A stretch of DNA of 28,576 bases from an uncultured Nitrososphaerota archaeon (GCA_964636085.1 CAZWPQ010000028.1:1-28576), one strand, 5' to 3'; counted from the first letter of the stretch, positions 9,147-19,087 are shown. Notes: generated by a model from the letters alone, not told the origin. Numbers and translations: made by a program.

Positions 9147-9959
9147 ATGCCTATGCTTATCTCTGTAAATCTTAGAGCAACTGAAAAAGCCGAGTTGCCT
9201 CCTTTTACTGGCGAGCATACAAGAGGAATATTTTTCAGCATGATTGCGGGATCAGACTTGGCCATGGTACTCCATGAGAAACCAGGAATAAAACCATATT
9301 CCATAAAGCCACTGCATCCAATAACCGAAAAAATGAATGTAAAAAATAATAGATGGATTATAAGGAAGGATATGAGGCTCTCTTTTGGGATCGGTATCCT
9401 CGATACGGACATCGAGGACAAAATATTGGCGGAGATAGTTTCATCTACAAAAGAAACAATCAAGATTCACCAGGCAACCTTCTATATTGAGAGCTTTGAA
9501 GTCTACAAAAAGAGTAATTATGAGGATCTACTACCAGGATTCACGTCAAGCTTCATAGGTATAATGTTCAAGACACCGACATTTTTCGGTGGACACCATC
9601 CACATCTCTACCCAGATGCAACACATTTATTTACAAATCTGATCAACATATGGAACACCTTTGCGGAGGAGAATATAAAAATAGAAAAGGAGAGCTTCTT
9701 AGGCTGGGTATCGGAGAGAGTCTATATTCGGCATTACAACTTAAAAACGAGAGAAGTAAGAATAAAAGGCTCAAAAATCGTAGGATTCAAGGGCATGGCC
9801 TCATACATAATAATGGATCCAGATCTAGAGGACGCAGAATATCTACTGGGCCTACTCAGACTCGGCCTAATCTCAAATGTAGGGCTAAAAAGAACCTACG
9901 GAATGGGCGTAATAAAAGTATACAACCTAGCAAAAAGACAACCCATCTCCCTGACATAA
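9147..9959 (+). CDS. cas6: CRISPR pre-crRNA processing endoribonuclease Cas6
   Basis: KPYSIKPL, FKTPTFF, GFKGMASY and the C-terminal Gly-rich loop GLISNVGLKRTYGMGVI. Confidence 0.95.
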   Translation: MPMLISVNLRATEKAELPPFTGEHTRGIFFSMIAGSDLAMVLHEKPGIKPYSIKPLHPITEKMNVKNNRWIIRKDMRLSFGIGILDTDIEDKILAEIVSSTKETIKIHQATFYIESFEVYKKSNYEDLLPGFTSSFIGIMFKTPTFFGGHHPHLYPDATHLFTNLINIWNTFAEENIKIEKESFLGWVSERVYIRHYNLKTREVRIKGSKIVGFKGMASYIIMDPDLEDAEYLLGLLRLGLISNVGLKRTYGMGVIKVYNLAKRQPISLT

Positions 9960-10124
9960 ATAAGAACAACAAATAGATTTGCTTCGAGTATCTAGCTCAA
10001 TTCCAGAAGGTCATTACCAACTATTTAGTGTGATCATCAAGAATTTTTGCCCTCTCTCTAATATCTTGTTCTTATAGTAGAAGTGTCCATAAAAAGAGAT
10101 ATGGATCAAAAATCAGTTAAGCAA

Positions 10125-12359
10125 CTATGCCTTCTCTTTCTTTCTCACTATCAATAGATAGACCATAATTATTGCTACGACTGCTATGGCACCGATAATG
10201 CCGATATATATCCAGTTTGAGGATGGATGACTCTCAGGGTCGAGGGGATCCGTCCCAGCATTGACTTCCTCTCCATCACTATAACCATCTCCATCTGTGT
10301 CGCCGTTATTTGGGTCTGTGCCTAATTCGTATTCCTCTAGGTTTGTTAGGCCGTCACCATCGTTATCCTTGTAGGAATCATTTGTCAGGGGATCTAGACC
10401 ACATGTTGTTTCCCATCCATCTGGTAGAGAATCATTATCTGTATCGGCGTCATTTGGGTCTGTGCCGTATTGATACTCTTGGTAGTTTGTTAGTCCATCA
10501 TTGTCATTATCTCTTGATGCATCCTGAGGGTTCCTGGGGTCTAGTCCATTAATCACTTCCCATCCATCCGGAATGCCGTCGTCATCTGTATCATTATCCT
10601 TTGGATCTGTATTATTTCCATACTCGTAGATATTTGCTAGGCCATCATTATCAGGGTCTAGATCAGCATCATCCATCGTTGGGTTCAAACCATTTTGTAT
10701 TTCCCACATATCGGGCATATCATCATTATCCGTGTCAGCACTTATTGGATTCGTATTATAATCAAATACTTCTTCCCCATCTAGAAGCCCATCTTGATCA
10801 GTATCAGGGTTCATTGGATTGGAACCATATGTGTATTCGTCCCCATTGTTTAGACCATCATTATCGGGGTCGTCCAGGGGATTTAGATAGTAGTATATCC
10901 TATACATTAAGGGCTTATTATCGATGGTGTCGCTGTCTATTTCATAGGGAGTGTCGCCAATCCAGTCGTGATTCGAGTCAACTCCAGTGTAGTAGGACCA
11001 GTAGTTTCCATATTCAGTATTGTCGAATTTATTTGCCATGTCGTCATAGGCACCATTGTTTATGAAATCGTTGAGCCATACCGTAACATTTTCGGAGGAG
11101 CTTAGATATACGCCAAAGTAGGTATTGTCCATGAATATATTTTGAGTAACTAATGTATTATTTGTGCCGTATAGGTTTACGCCATTGACGGAGTTGTTGG
11201 ATATGATGTTCTGCTCTAAGATTATGGTGTCTGAATAATTCAGTACTACGCCATAAGTATTGTTTGTTATTACATTGCCCGTGATTTCTTGTTTCTCTGT
11301 CTGACTCACAAATATTGCTGACGAGGAAGACATTGAGATGTAGTTGTTCTGGATCATGTTTTCTGTCGTAGTGTTGAAGATCTTTATCCCTATGGTATTG
11401 TTGGATATTATGTTGCTTTGGACTGTGTTGTCCCCTGATTCGCTGAGGTATATGCCGAATACATTATTGTTCACCACTTTATTCTCTATTATTGTGTTGT
11501 TCTTTGAGTCCGAATAGAAGACTATGCCTCCGACATTATTTTGTATTATCGTGTTGTTCCCTATAGTGATGTTTTCCACTCCATAGGCCTCTATTCCATT
11601 GTACTGGATATTTGATATTGTGTTCTGCTCTATCAGTAGGTCCTTGGAGTTGTATATGTTTATTCCATAGGTGTTATTTCTGATTTCGTTTTGTAGTATA
11701 TTTATTCTGGACGAGTCAAAGATGAATATGCCGCCATTATTGTCATAGATCTTGTTGTTGACCAATGTAACGTTGATTGACTCCTTAATATGTATTGGTC
11801 TGAATCTAGAATTGACAAAATTGTTAGAAGCAACAAGAGTGTTGTTTGCTGAGGAGAGATAGATCCCATAGAAGTTATTATCGAAAGTACTATTGACTAT
11901 TGTGGCGTTTTCCGCACCTATGAATAGGCCGGAATATAGGCCATGATCATAGCCAGCATAACATATCCTTGAATTATTAATATATATCGACGCGTTCTGG
12001 TCGACTTGAATGTAGTAGTTGTTGCTCTTATTATATGCCGTTATCGTGGAATTTATAATCACTAACGAGCCGCCACCAAACACCTCTATCCTATACTCGC
12101 CATCATATGTAAGGTTCATGTACAAGGTGGAGTTCCTCAATGTCAGACTTCCACCATCCTGTATGAGTATGCTACCATTGATTATTAGGATCTCGTTCTC
12201 TACGACCGTTGGATTACTTATGATCCAATCCCCGGTATTGGGTGGTATATCCCCACTAATACTCCTCACTTGGAGGGCTGCAGAGCCCTCAGTGCCTGCC
12301 AAAAAAATACCCGCAGACAACATGGCCAATATTGCGAGACCTAATATCGACTTTTTCAA
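10125..12359 (-). CDS. Membrane-anchored surface protein: signal peptide, parallel beta-helix (PbH1/NosD-like), Asp-rich Ca-binding repeats, C-terminal TM anchor
   Basis: TTG start at 12359 ([14 protein letters not shown]...) after GAGG. Many NxIxNNxxGIxL repeats, GNYWS, DxDxDG repeats, then hydrophobic [23 protein letters not shown] followed by RKKEKA. Confidence 0.88.
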   Translation of the reverse strand: MKKSILGLAILAMLSAGIFLAGTEGSAALQVRSISGDIPPNTGDWIISNPTVVENEILIINGSILIQDGGSLTLRNSTLYMNLTYDGEYRIEVFGGGSLVIINSTITAYNKSNNYYIQVDQNASIYINNSRICYAGYDHGLYSGLFIGAENATIVNSTFDNNFYGIYLSSANNTLVASNNFVNSRFRPIHIKESINVTLVNNKIYDNNGGIFIFDSSRINILQNEIRNNTYGINIYNSKDLLIEQNTISNIQYNGIEAYGVENITIGNNTIIQNNVGGIVFYSDSKNNTIIENKVVNNNVFGIYLSESGDNTVQSNIISNNTIGIKIFNTTTENMIQNNYISMSSSSAIFVSQTEKQEITGNVITNNTYGVVLNYSDTIILEQNIISNNSVNGVNLYGTNNTLVTQNIFMDNTYFGVYLSSSENVTVWLNDFINNGAYDDMANKFDNTEYGNYWSYYTGVDSNHDWIGDTPYEIDSDTIDNKPLMYRIYYYLNPLDDPDNDGLNNGDEYTYGSNPMNPDTDQDGLLDGEEVFDYNTNPISADTDNDDMPDMWEIQNGLNPTMDDADLDPDNDGLANIYEYGNNTDPKDNDTDDDGIPDGWEVINGLDPRNPQDASRDNDNDGLTNYQEYQYGTDPNDADTDNDSLPDGWETTCGLDPLTNDSYKDNDGDGLTNLEEYELGTDPNNGDTDGDGYSDGEEVNAGTDPLDPESHPSSNWIYIGIIGAIAVVAIIMVYLLIVRKKEKA
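10230..10877 (-). repeat. Intragenic thrombospondin-type-3-like Ca-binding repeats
   Basis: Nine DxDxD(G/D/S) units: DPDNDG, DTDQDG, DTDNDD, DPDNDG, DTDDDG, DNDNDG, DTDNDS, DNDGDG, DTDGDG, each followed by an E...(G/N)x(D/N)P element. Confidence 0.85.
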
Positions 12360-12500
12360 TTTTGTCGCCTCACTGGTTGGCAAAAGTTTGATACAAAATG
12401 AGGCTTTAAAAAGAGAATATGAATAAAATAATTTCAGAGACGAAATAATGGAATATATTCTATTAAGATAACGCACACATTGCATGAATAGGTAGTATTA

Positions 12501-12863
12501 ATGGGTGTATTTAAGGTTAGGGTTAAGCTCAAGGGAGCAGACAGAGAAGTGGAGAGAGATCTAATAGTGGACAACGGCTCCACCCTCACATGGATCAACA
12601 AGGATATCCTCCAAAGTCTGGGGGCAAAACCAAAAAGAAGAAAGAAATTCATCTTGATTACTGGAGAAAAAGTCGAGAGAGACATCGGGGAAATAACAAT
12701 AGAAATCGACGGCGAGGAGGCAACAATCCCTGTTGTTTTCGCCCTAGAAAACGACAAAGAGATTCTAGGCAACACCGCACTCGAAATCCTCGGTTACGAG
12801 ATAGACCCAATAGAAAAAAAGTTAAAGAAAATAGAGGCAATCCTCACACTACTCTCACAATGA
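12501..12863 (+). CDS. Small clan AA (retropepsin-like) aspartic protease family protein
   Basis: MGVFKVRVKL, LIVDNGSTLTWI (canonical VDTGA), ILGNTALEILGYEIDP; 120 aa. Confidence 0.85.
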   Translation: MGVFKVRVKLKGADREVERDLIVDNGSTLTWINKDILQSLGAKPKRRKKFILITGEKVERDIGEITIEIDGEEATIPVVFALENDKEILGNTALEILGYEIDPIEKKLKKIEAILTLLSQ

Positions 12864-12926
12864 TTTCTTGTGACAAGACCTTCACACATATCCAAAATTA
12901 TGGAAAAATTTTTGATTCGATGGATC

Positions 12927-13871
12927 CTATATTAGTATATTAATTGTGTTGATAACCAAACCAATGATCTCTATTATAGTCTCCTTGCCAAATAAAATAT
13001 TCCGTCGCATTGCAATACGAAGTTTAAATAGGTCACCTAATCGATTTATATTGACATATCCCAACGACCATGATTTATAGGTTGACTTAAACTCAAGCTG
13101 TACATATGTTCTATAAAAACCAATAAGTGCTAACACTCTTGAGATCCTATTCAATATAAAAAATATGAAAAAAATCAAAAATAGCAGAAATTGCAAGTTC
13201 TCTAGCAAATATTCCAAAGAGAATTCAGTTAATGTACACCTTTGTAACAATGCTAACATAAACATCGATATAAGAAAAGAAAAAGTAATATTCTGAAAAT
13301 TCATCACGATGGAAAGAACCCGTAATAAAAAAACATATTTTCTCAATGTATATGCCATAAGCTTGTATTCCAAGTAGGTTATTTTCATTATTAGGAGTAG
13401 GCCTCCAATCAATAGTACGAATCTATAAAGTGCATATGAAATATTTGTTAGAAATGCAAAAATAAGCAAAGAATTTGTAATAAAAAAACAATACAACAAA
13501 TTCTTTCCTACTTTATTCACTTTCTCATTTTTTACTAAGTGGACGAATAGACCCAAATAAAAAACATTAGTAATTCTAAGTAGTATTACATCTATTGATT
13601 CTAGAATGAGAAAAAGAACTAAAAAATAGGAGATAGGCCTAGAGAAAAACATGCTTAGAAATGATATGAAAAATAATATGAAAAAAGAAATAAGGAAAAA
13701 TCTCATAGTACTGTGAACAAAAACTTTGGCAGAAAACGAAAAACAGAGAATATTGTATGTACTTATCTTAAGTGATAAATACAGTAAAGCTGTTAAAAAC
13801 AAAAATATGGCTGCTATGATTGTGTGCATAAATAATATCATACTAAGGCCCAAAATTGTGTATATTGGCAA
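12927..13871 (-). CDS. Polytopic membrane protein, unknown function
   Basis: 314 aa with roughly 7-8 hydrophobic segments by eye; AT-rich; start uncertain (frame open up to 13928). Confidence 0.65.
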   Translation of the reverse strand: MPIYTILGLSMILFMHTIIAAIFLFLTALLYLSLKISTYNILCFSFSAKVFVHSTMRFFLISFFILFFISFLSMFFSRPISYFLVLFLILESIDVILLRITNVFYLGLFVHLVKNEKVNKVGKNLLYCFFITNSLLIFAFLTNISYALYRFVLLIGGLLLIMKITYLEYKLMAYTLRKYVFLLRVLSIVMNFQNITFSFLISMFMLALLQRCTLTEFSLEYLLENLQFLLFLIFFIFFILNRISRVLALIGFYRTYVQLEFKSTYKSWSLGYVNINRLGDLFKLRIAMRRNILFGKETIIEIIGLVINTINILI

Positions 13872-13931
13872 GATGAATAATTTTAAAGTTGTTTTGTCTC
13901 GCGATATTTTGATGGATACCGAGATTTGTCA

Positions 13932-15338
13932 TCACCAAATTGAAATATTTTTTGATATCTCCAAGATCACATTTAAAAAATATCTTCCTATTAAATCATT
14001 GTTTTTGGTAAATTTTATGCGACTTTCCAAGACACTTAGAAGTATTATTATCTCAGATATATCATGAAAAAAGGGGTTTTCCACGACAGACATTAGCAGT
14101 AGAGTTGTTAGTATATAGTCAAAGGCAGTTAACGAATCAAAATTTGACAACACCTCCTTAAAATCTGTATCCTTAAGAAATAAAAGGATTAGATAGAAAA
14201 ATATAGAAAGTGATAAATTTGCAACAATATATTGAATTATATTATCTTGGTTCGTGGCTAACAATAGAGTTACAGAAAGCATTACTAGAAATATACTTAA
14301 TCTTTTATAGCGAACTGGCGATTGAAGAAAAACAAACGACAATGCAATATATCTCAATAAGCTATTTTCAAGATCCTTAATAGTAAGCTTTGAGCCATTT
14401 CTTCCAAAGGAAGACTTTTTATTATTTTGATCCATATAGAAGTATACAAAGGGTATAAAGAATGTCTCATCCAACGTAGACAGTATTAAAGATATGAAGA
14501 ATGAAACACTAATAAGTACATAGGGGCTAATAATCCCGTTCTGGGATTTTGAAATATTATTACCAAATATTTTCTTTATAAACACAACTAGCGTACCATA
14601 TATAGACATCTCCAACAGTATTGTGTAGAAAAGAAAATCATCTGTTTCAACCCTACTAATTTTTAAAAGTTTTCCAACAAGCAGATTTATAATGTTAAGA
14701 ATCGCTGCACTAACTAGAACCCTATTTATTGCATCGATAAACTCGTTTGTATCTTTGAGATATTTAATGTTAACATTTCTCAGAGTTGAGTAAACAGAAA
14801 TGACTTCTCTGTAAAAAATACTATAAAGCATTAGATAAAATGAAAGCACTGTCAATTCATCAAGATAATGTATCGAATCAATATTGATTCTAATAAACTC
14901 AATAAGTTTTCCTTTCCTAAGTGTCTGACAGGTCTTCTCTATAATCATCCTAATTTTTTCATAATTTAATCTGACACCATTCAAGGATATAAATACTCTA
15001 TCCAATACTGATTTGATAAGATTAATAATACCTTTTTTCCTATTTGGATAAAACTGGCGAATTAGAACGGGAATATCTCTTATTTCCTCGCCAATGCCAA
15101 GATCCTTCGCTACCTCTGATTCATATTTCCTACTCATGTACTCTGAGACTATAGTGATTATTTTATGGCCATATCGGTATATACCACTAGCATCTATATC
15201 ATAAGATATACATTCTAGAAGACGACATTCCGTACCACCTCTAATGTACTTATAGTACCCTTTTTCTTGGAGACCCTCCTTAAAAGCTTCATATTTGAAT
15301 TCACCCTTTTGCACAATTTTTACTAATTCATCTAACAA
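13932..15338 (-). CDS. Unknown protein with a soluble N-terminal domain and multiple C-terminal TM segments
   Basis: 468 aa: charged first ~160 aa, then alternating hydrophobic helices. Immediately downstream of and co-oriented with cmr1. Frame is open up to 15404, overlapping the cmr1 stop. Confidence 0.7.
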   Translation of the reverse strand: MLDELVKIVQKGEFKYEAFKEGLQEKGYYKYIRGGTECRLLECISYDIDASGIYRYGHKIITIVSEYMSRKYESEVAKDLGIGEEIRDIPVLIRQFYPNRKKGIINLIKSVLDRVFISLNGVRLNYEKIRMIIEKTCQTLRKGKLIEFIRINIDSIHYLDELTVLSFYLMLYSIFYREVISVYSTLRNVNIKYLKDTNEFIDAINRVLVSAAILNIINLLVGKLLKISRVETDDFLFYTILLEMSIYGTLVVFIKKIFGNNISKSQNGIISPYVLISVSFFISLILSTLDETFFIPFVYFYMDQNNKKSSFGRNGSKLTIKDLENSLLRYIALSFVFLQSPVRYKRLSIFLVMLSVTLLLATNQDNIIQYIVANLSLSIFFYLILLFLKDTDFKEVLSNFDSLTAFDYILTTLLLMSVVENPFFHDISEIIILLSVLESRIKFTKNNDLIGRYFLNVILEISKNISIW

Positions 15339-15391
15339 GAAGATGATGGATTGGATAATTATTTCTCTTTCGTTTAGCTTTTCTTTCGACC

Positions 15392-16690
15392 TTAAAGAAT
15401 CGATCTATATTCCCCTTCCGATAGCCAATCATTTACCTTTTTAGCGACCCTGATTAATAATTCCTCATTTATCCTTATAACACGTTTTGTTGCTCCAATC
15501 CAACGTATGGCCGAGGGCCAATCTAAGGACACCATGTGGCTTATAATTATGTAGTTTCTATTGTTTTGTCTAGATACCTTTACCCACAGGGGGCTTGCTC
15601 TTCTAATTTGACCCACGTATCCTTTTCCTCGTTGTTCTCTAGGTAGGCCTAGATACCAAGCTGAGGGAGGATTCATATATCTTAGAAAACTAGCCAAACT
15701 ATTTCGCCGTGTTCTTAAAAATATGCTCTCTATATCTCTAAATACGTTGTTGATATCATTATCTTGCTCCTTGATCCATACCGAAAATATTGGTAAATCA
15801 TCGATCTTTGATAGCGATATCGAGGGAATTGCTGGTAGTTTTCTCCTTATTTTCTGATTACTCTCTTGACCCAGAAGTCCACGAATATTTTTGATAATAT
15901 ATAATATTCTGTCCTTAAACATCATATCTCTCAAGCTCTTTAGATCTTCCAAGTTTTTGTCTATATACTGAGATTCCCAATAATCTATATCAAAGCAACC
16001 CAATCCACGCCTAGAAATTTTTCCTATACCACCCAACTCAATCGCTAGCAATGTCCCTAACACACCAATTTTGTCTCGATAGTCCATTTTTATGGCCGCC
16101 GTGTATATTGTTAATTCCATTTTGTATTGTGATATCATTGTATCATACAATGTGTTTGTAAGTCTAATAACAGCATCCCTTACGGTGCTAGGATGTCCGC
16201 GCCTGTTTTCTATATAGTTTCTTACGGCTTGGTACTCGGGCATATTTCCTATTTTTTCTTTGAGCAAATAGCTCTCGCTACATAATTGATCTAGATATTC
16301 ATAGAATTTCTTGACGTTTCTATAAAACTTACCTTCCGGTACTCTGCGTTGGGCACTATGTGCCCTCATGAATATTAGTCTAAGTCTAAAATGGCTAATT
16401 CCTTGAGGTTTAGATGTTTCTATCAGTTTTATCTGATATTTGATCCTAGATGGCTTTGGTTCCCCTCCGCCGGTTGCAACACCACCAAATATTTCTGATA
16501 CCCTATTTATGGCCTCATTTATTTCTTTGCCTTGGTCATAAGCCCACCCAGCTATTGCCGCTCTAGTCCACCACCTCACTACTCCTCTTAGGCTTGTGCC
16601 TCTTGGGTATCGATCTGCAAAAGTGTCAAATCTACCTATAGATGCGGGGGTTGTTGGGAGTAGGGTTATTTTTGCCAGCTTCTTCAACAT
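15392..16690 (-). CDS. cmr1: Type III-B RAMP Cmr1
   Basis: RGTSLRGVVRWWTRA, EIFGG, LGGIGKISRRGLGCF, YLGLPR, RRASPLW. Confidence 0.95.
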   Translation of the reverse strand: MLKKLAKITLLPTTPASIGRFDTFADRYPRGTSLRGVVRWWTRAAIAGWAYDQGKEINEAINRVSEIFGGVATGGGEPKPSRIKYQIKLIETSKPQGISHFRLRLIFMRAHSAQRRVPEGKFYRNVKKFYEYLDQLCSESYLLKEKIGNMPEYQAVRNYIENRRGHPSTVRDAVIRLTNTLYDTMISQYKMELTIYTAAIKMDYRDKIGVLGTLLAIELGGIGKISRRGLGCFDIDYWESQYIDKNLEDLKSLRDMMFKDRILYIIKNIRGLLGQESNQKIRRKLPAIPSISLSKIDDLPIFSVWIKEQDNDINNVFRDIESIFLRTRRNSLASFLRYMNPPSAWYLGLPREQRGKGYVGQIRRASPLWVKVSRQNNRNYIIISHMVSLDWPSAIRWIGATKRVIRINEELLIRVAKKVNDWLSEGEYRSIL

Positions 16691-17583
16691 AGCTCACCAT
16701 ATTCAATAACTTCGAAGATACCATAACCAGAAGATGTTTTGGCTCCAATGCCAATCTTGTTGAAGGTATAATCTAGGATATTTCTTATTGATGTTTCTAA
16801 TTCTATTCTAAGAATATCCTGTAATACTTGAACTCCATTCCTAAACTCGATTTTTAGATCACCGAACACTCTTCTTCTTGTTTCCCTATTGCTTAGGATT
16901 CTTCTTAGTCTTGGACTATCTATAATCAGTAGGAATTTGAATTTGACTCCAGGCGGGATTACTAGAAAGTGAACAGGGGTTGGCTTCACTTCCCACTCGG
17001 TTATTTTCTCGGTATATATGGGTAATATCACATCACGATCAATCAGCTTGTCCTCTTTATCTACTGGATATGCATCGGTTATAGATACCAAGGACATATG
17101 CATTTTTTCTTTTTGTTCCGAGCCGAACAAGACATCCCTTAGTTTTTGTATGTCCTTAGGAACTTCTTCCTTGTTTATAGCATATTTAAACTGTATTGCC
17201 GCTGACATGGCGCCCTTAATCTGGGAGCTAGGAATTAATACTGTATCAAGTATAGGATCCCAGTCTATACCTACTTCATCTATGAGCCATCCCATGGGTC
17301 CATTGACATTTATTATTACTCGGCTAGCAGATCTTATAGTTACTTCTATCGCATCCTTGTTGGTCATTCTCACCATTCGCTTCAATAGTTCGAAATATCG
17401 TCTATTTCGATTCAGTATTTCAGATGACAGGTCTTCTATTGTCCTTACGAGCCAATTAAGGATGTCATTTTTATATTTGACTTTTTCTTCATCTAATTTA
17501 TTTTCATCCTGAATTGAGGTGAGTTCTAGGAGTTTTTTCCTTACTAATAATATGTACTCCTCATAGATGCTTCTCGACTGCAT
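16684..17583 (-). CDS. cmr6: Type III-B RAMP Cmr6
   Basis: EVGIDWDPILDTVLIPSSQIKGAM, LFGS, TDAYP, KPTPVHFL, GIGAKTSSGYG. ATG 17583 follows GGTGA (the ORF track starts at 17595). Confidence 0.95.
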   Translation of the reverse strand: MQSRSIYEEYILLVRKKLLELTSIQDENKLDEEKVKYKNDILNWLVRTIEDLSSEILNRNRRYFELLKRMVRMTNKDAIEVTIRSASRVIINVNGPMGWLIDEVGIDWDPILDTVLIPSSQIKGAMSAAIQFKYAINKEEVPKDIQKLRDVLFGSEQKEKMHMSLVSITDAYPVDKEDKLIDRDVILPIYTEKITEWEVKPTPVHFLVIPPGVKFKFLLIIDSPRLRRILSNRETRRRVFGDLKIEFRNGVQVLQDILRIELETSIRNILDYTFNKIGIGAKTSSGYGIFEVIEYGELC

Positions 17584-17584
17584 A

Positions 17585-19087
17585 CTAATCACCATAAGAC
17601 CTAACTATATACTTTAGCTTTGTCAAGAGATCTATTATAAAACTCAGATTCATTAGGTACTGAGATATCTTATCGTCCCTAATGTAGCCATCGTCCCCAA
17701 CAACTTCTTTGGGATCTATATAGTGCATAGTTATCCACTTAATGGTATTTCTAACCTCACTATACCCAACACCACTTGCAGTACTCTTTAATATATCGTA
17801 GAACAGCATTACAGAAACGGTATCGAGTAACCTGAATCTCTCGGGGAGACCCGAGAATTTGCCTTTTAAGATCGAAGACTTCTCCCTTATTTCCTCCACC
17901 AACTCACTAAGGGAAACAGATTCCTCCTCTATCAGCAATGTATTCTTTATCGCATCTAATAGTTCAACGATACTTGGGTATGATCTAACTAACGGAGTTG
18001 ATGCCTTTTTCGTCTCATATTTCCCAGCCAACTCTGGCGGTTTTATCTTTGGATACAGAAGCGCTACTAGCCCTCTTGATAGAGTCTCCTTTCCCCCCAA
18101 GAATAGAGCCCCGGCATACTTACTGAATATTCTCTTAATGCACTCTGTATCGATCATTAAGCATTTCTCGCCTTTGAATTCAATGATTATTTTATCACAC
18201 ACAGTCGTCAAGTCTCCAAGTAAGCTTCTCATATTCTTTTCCCCAGAATCATCTACAAGAACATACTTTAGGGGTATCTTTGTCCTTGTGATGGCTATCT
18301 TGGAGATAAAAATGGATAAGGCATGTATTTCCTCCTCGAACCTTGGCCCTTGTTTGGATACAACTTTCTCATAAACATCAAGGTACTCTCCCTTGCTATC
18401 TTCCTTTTCGAAGCCCTTTATCTTTATTCCCGGTCTTATTGTTATGGCTTTTTCTAGGACGACGTCAAATATTTCATCACTTACGACACCTATTTTCACA
18501 CCACCTAATATTTGCTCTATATCCCTCCAGAGTTCCCCTAGAGAATCAGTTAATAGTTTTCTAATTACACCAACAAGTTCTAAATGAAAAACCTTTAGAG
18601 TTACACCTCCAACTATATTTATCTTCTTTACTTCACGCGCCATATTGGGATCCATAACTATGTTATCTGATAGCGAATTTGCATACAGACTATTTACCAA
18701 GACCGATACCACTTCACTTTTTACGCCAAGATATGACATAAATCTATTCAATCTGCTTGGGGACGTCAGATATATTACACCAACTGTGGAAGATACGGGG
18801 ATAAAAACTAGATGTGCATCATAGACAGCCACTAAGCCCATGTGTGGCATAATTTTTTCTTCAGCCACCTCGGCCGTGCCGAAGAGAAAGTCTACTAGAG
18901 CCTTGTTCCCTGTTGTAAGATAAACCTTGCTCCTTAGTGCCCCCTTTAGACTTGTTGAAGGGATTATTATATTGTTGAATAGATCCCGCATTAATGGTAT
19001 ATCCGTAACATTGGCTACAGACTGTCCACTAGCCACCCTCATGTTGGTTATGTTGACTAGTAATATGGGGATCTGATCCTTATACAT
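17585..19087 (-). CDS. cmr4: Second Cmr4 (Cas7) paralog fused to a C-terminal Cmr5-like (Cas11) helical domain
   Basis: ATG 19087 follows GGAGG, 2 nt after the cmr5 stop; 500 aa. Cmr4 motifs VTDIPLMRD, IIPSTSLKGALR, FLFG, DAHLVFIPVSS, TSPSRL, VVSDEIF, FEEEI, LFLGGKETLSRG. These are followed by a ~150-aa linker plus helical extension containing FSGLPERFRLLDTVSVMLFY and YL....IIDLLTKLKYIVRS. Confidence 0.85.
   Translation of the reverse strand: MYKDQIPILLVNITNMRVASGQSVANVTDIPLMRDLFNNIIIPSTSLKGALRSKVYLTTGNKALVDFLFGTAEVAEEKIMPHMGLVAVYDAHLVFIPVSSTVGVIYLTSPSRLNRFMSYLGVKSEVVSVLVNSLYANSLSDNIVMDPNMAREVKKINIVGGVTLKVFHLELVGVIRKLLTDSLGELWRDIEQILGGVKIGVVSDEIFDVVLEKAITIRPGIKIKGFEKEDSKGEYLDVYEKVVSKQGPRFEEEIHALSIFISKIAITRTKIPLKYVLVDDSGEKNMRSLLGDLTTVCDKIIIEFKGEKCLMIDTECIKRIFSKYAGALFLGGKETLSRGLVALLYPKIKPPELAGKYETKKASTPLVRSYPSIVELLDAIKNTLLIEEESVSLSELVEEIREKSSILKGKFSGLPERFRLLDTVSVMLFYDILKSTASGVGYSEVRNTIKWITMHYIDPKEVVGDDGYIRDDKISQYLMNLSFIIDLLTKLKYIVRSYGD

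Noticed and set aside
13929-13934. Tandem selenocysteine codons
   Set aside because: No redox-motif context and no SECIS-like element recognised; a broken gene or ordinary double stop is more parsimonious.
12927-15338. CorA, Cam1 or Csx23 assignment for the membrane ORFs
   Set aside because: No GMN motif or CARF motif, too many TM segments, and no NrN/SAM-lyase neighbour recognised.
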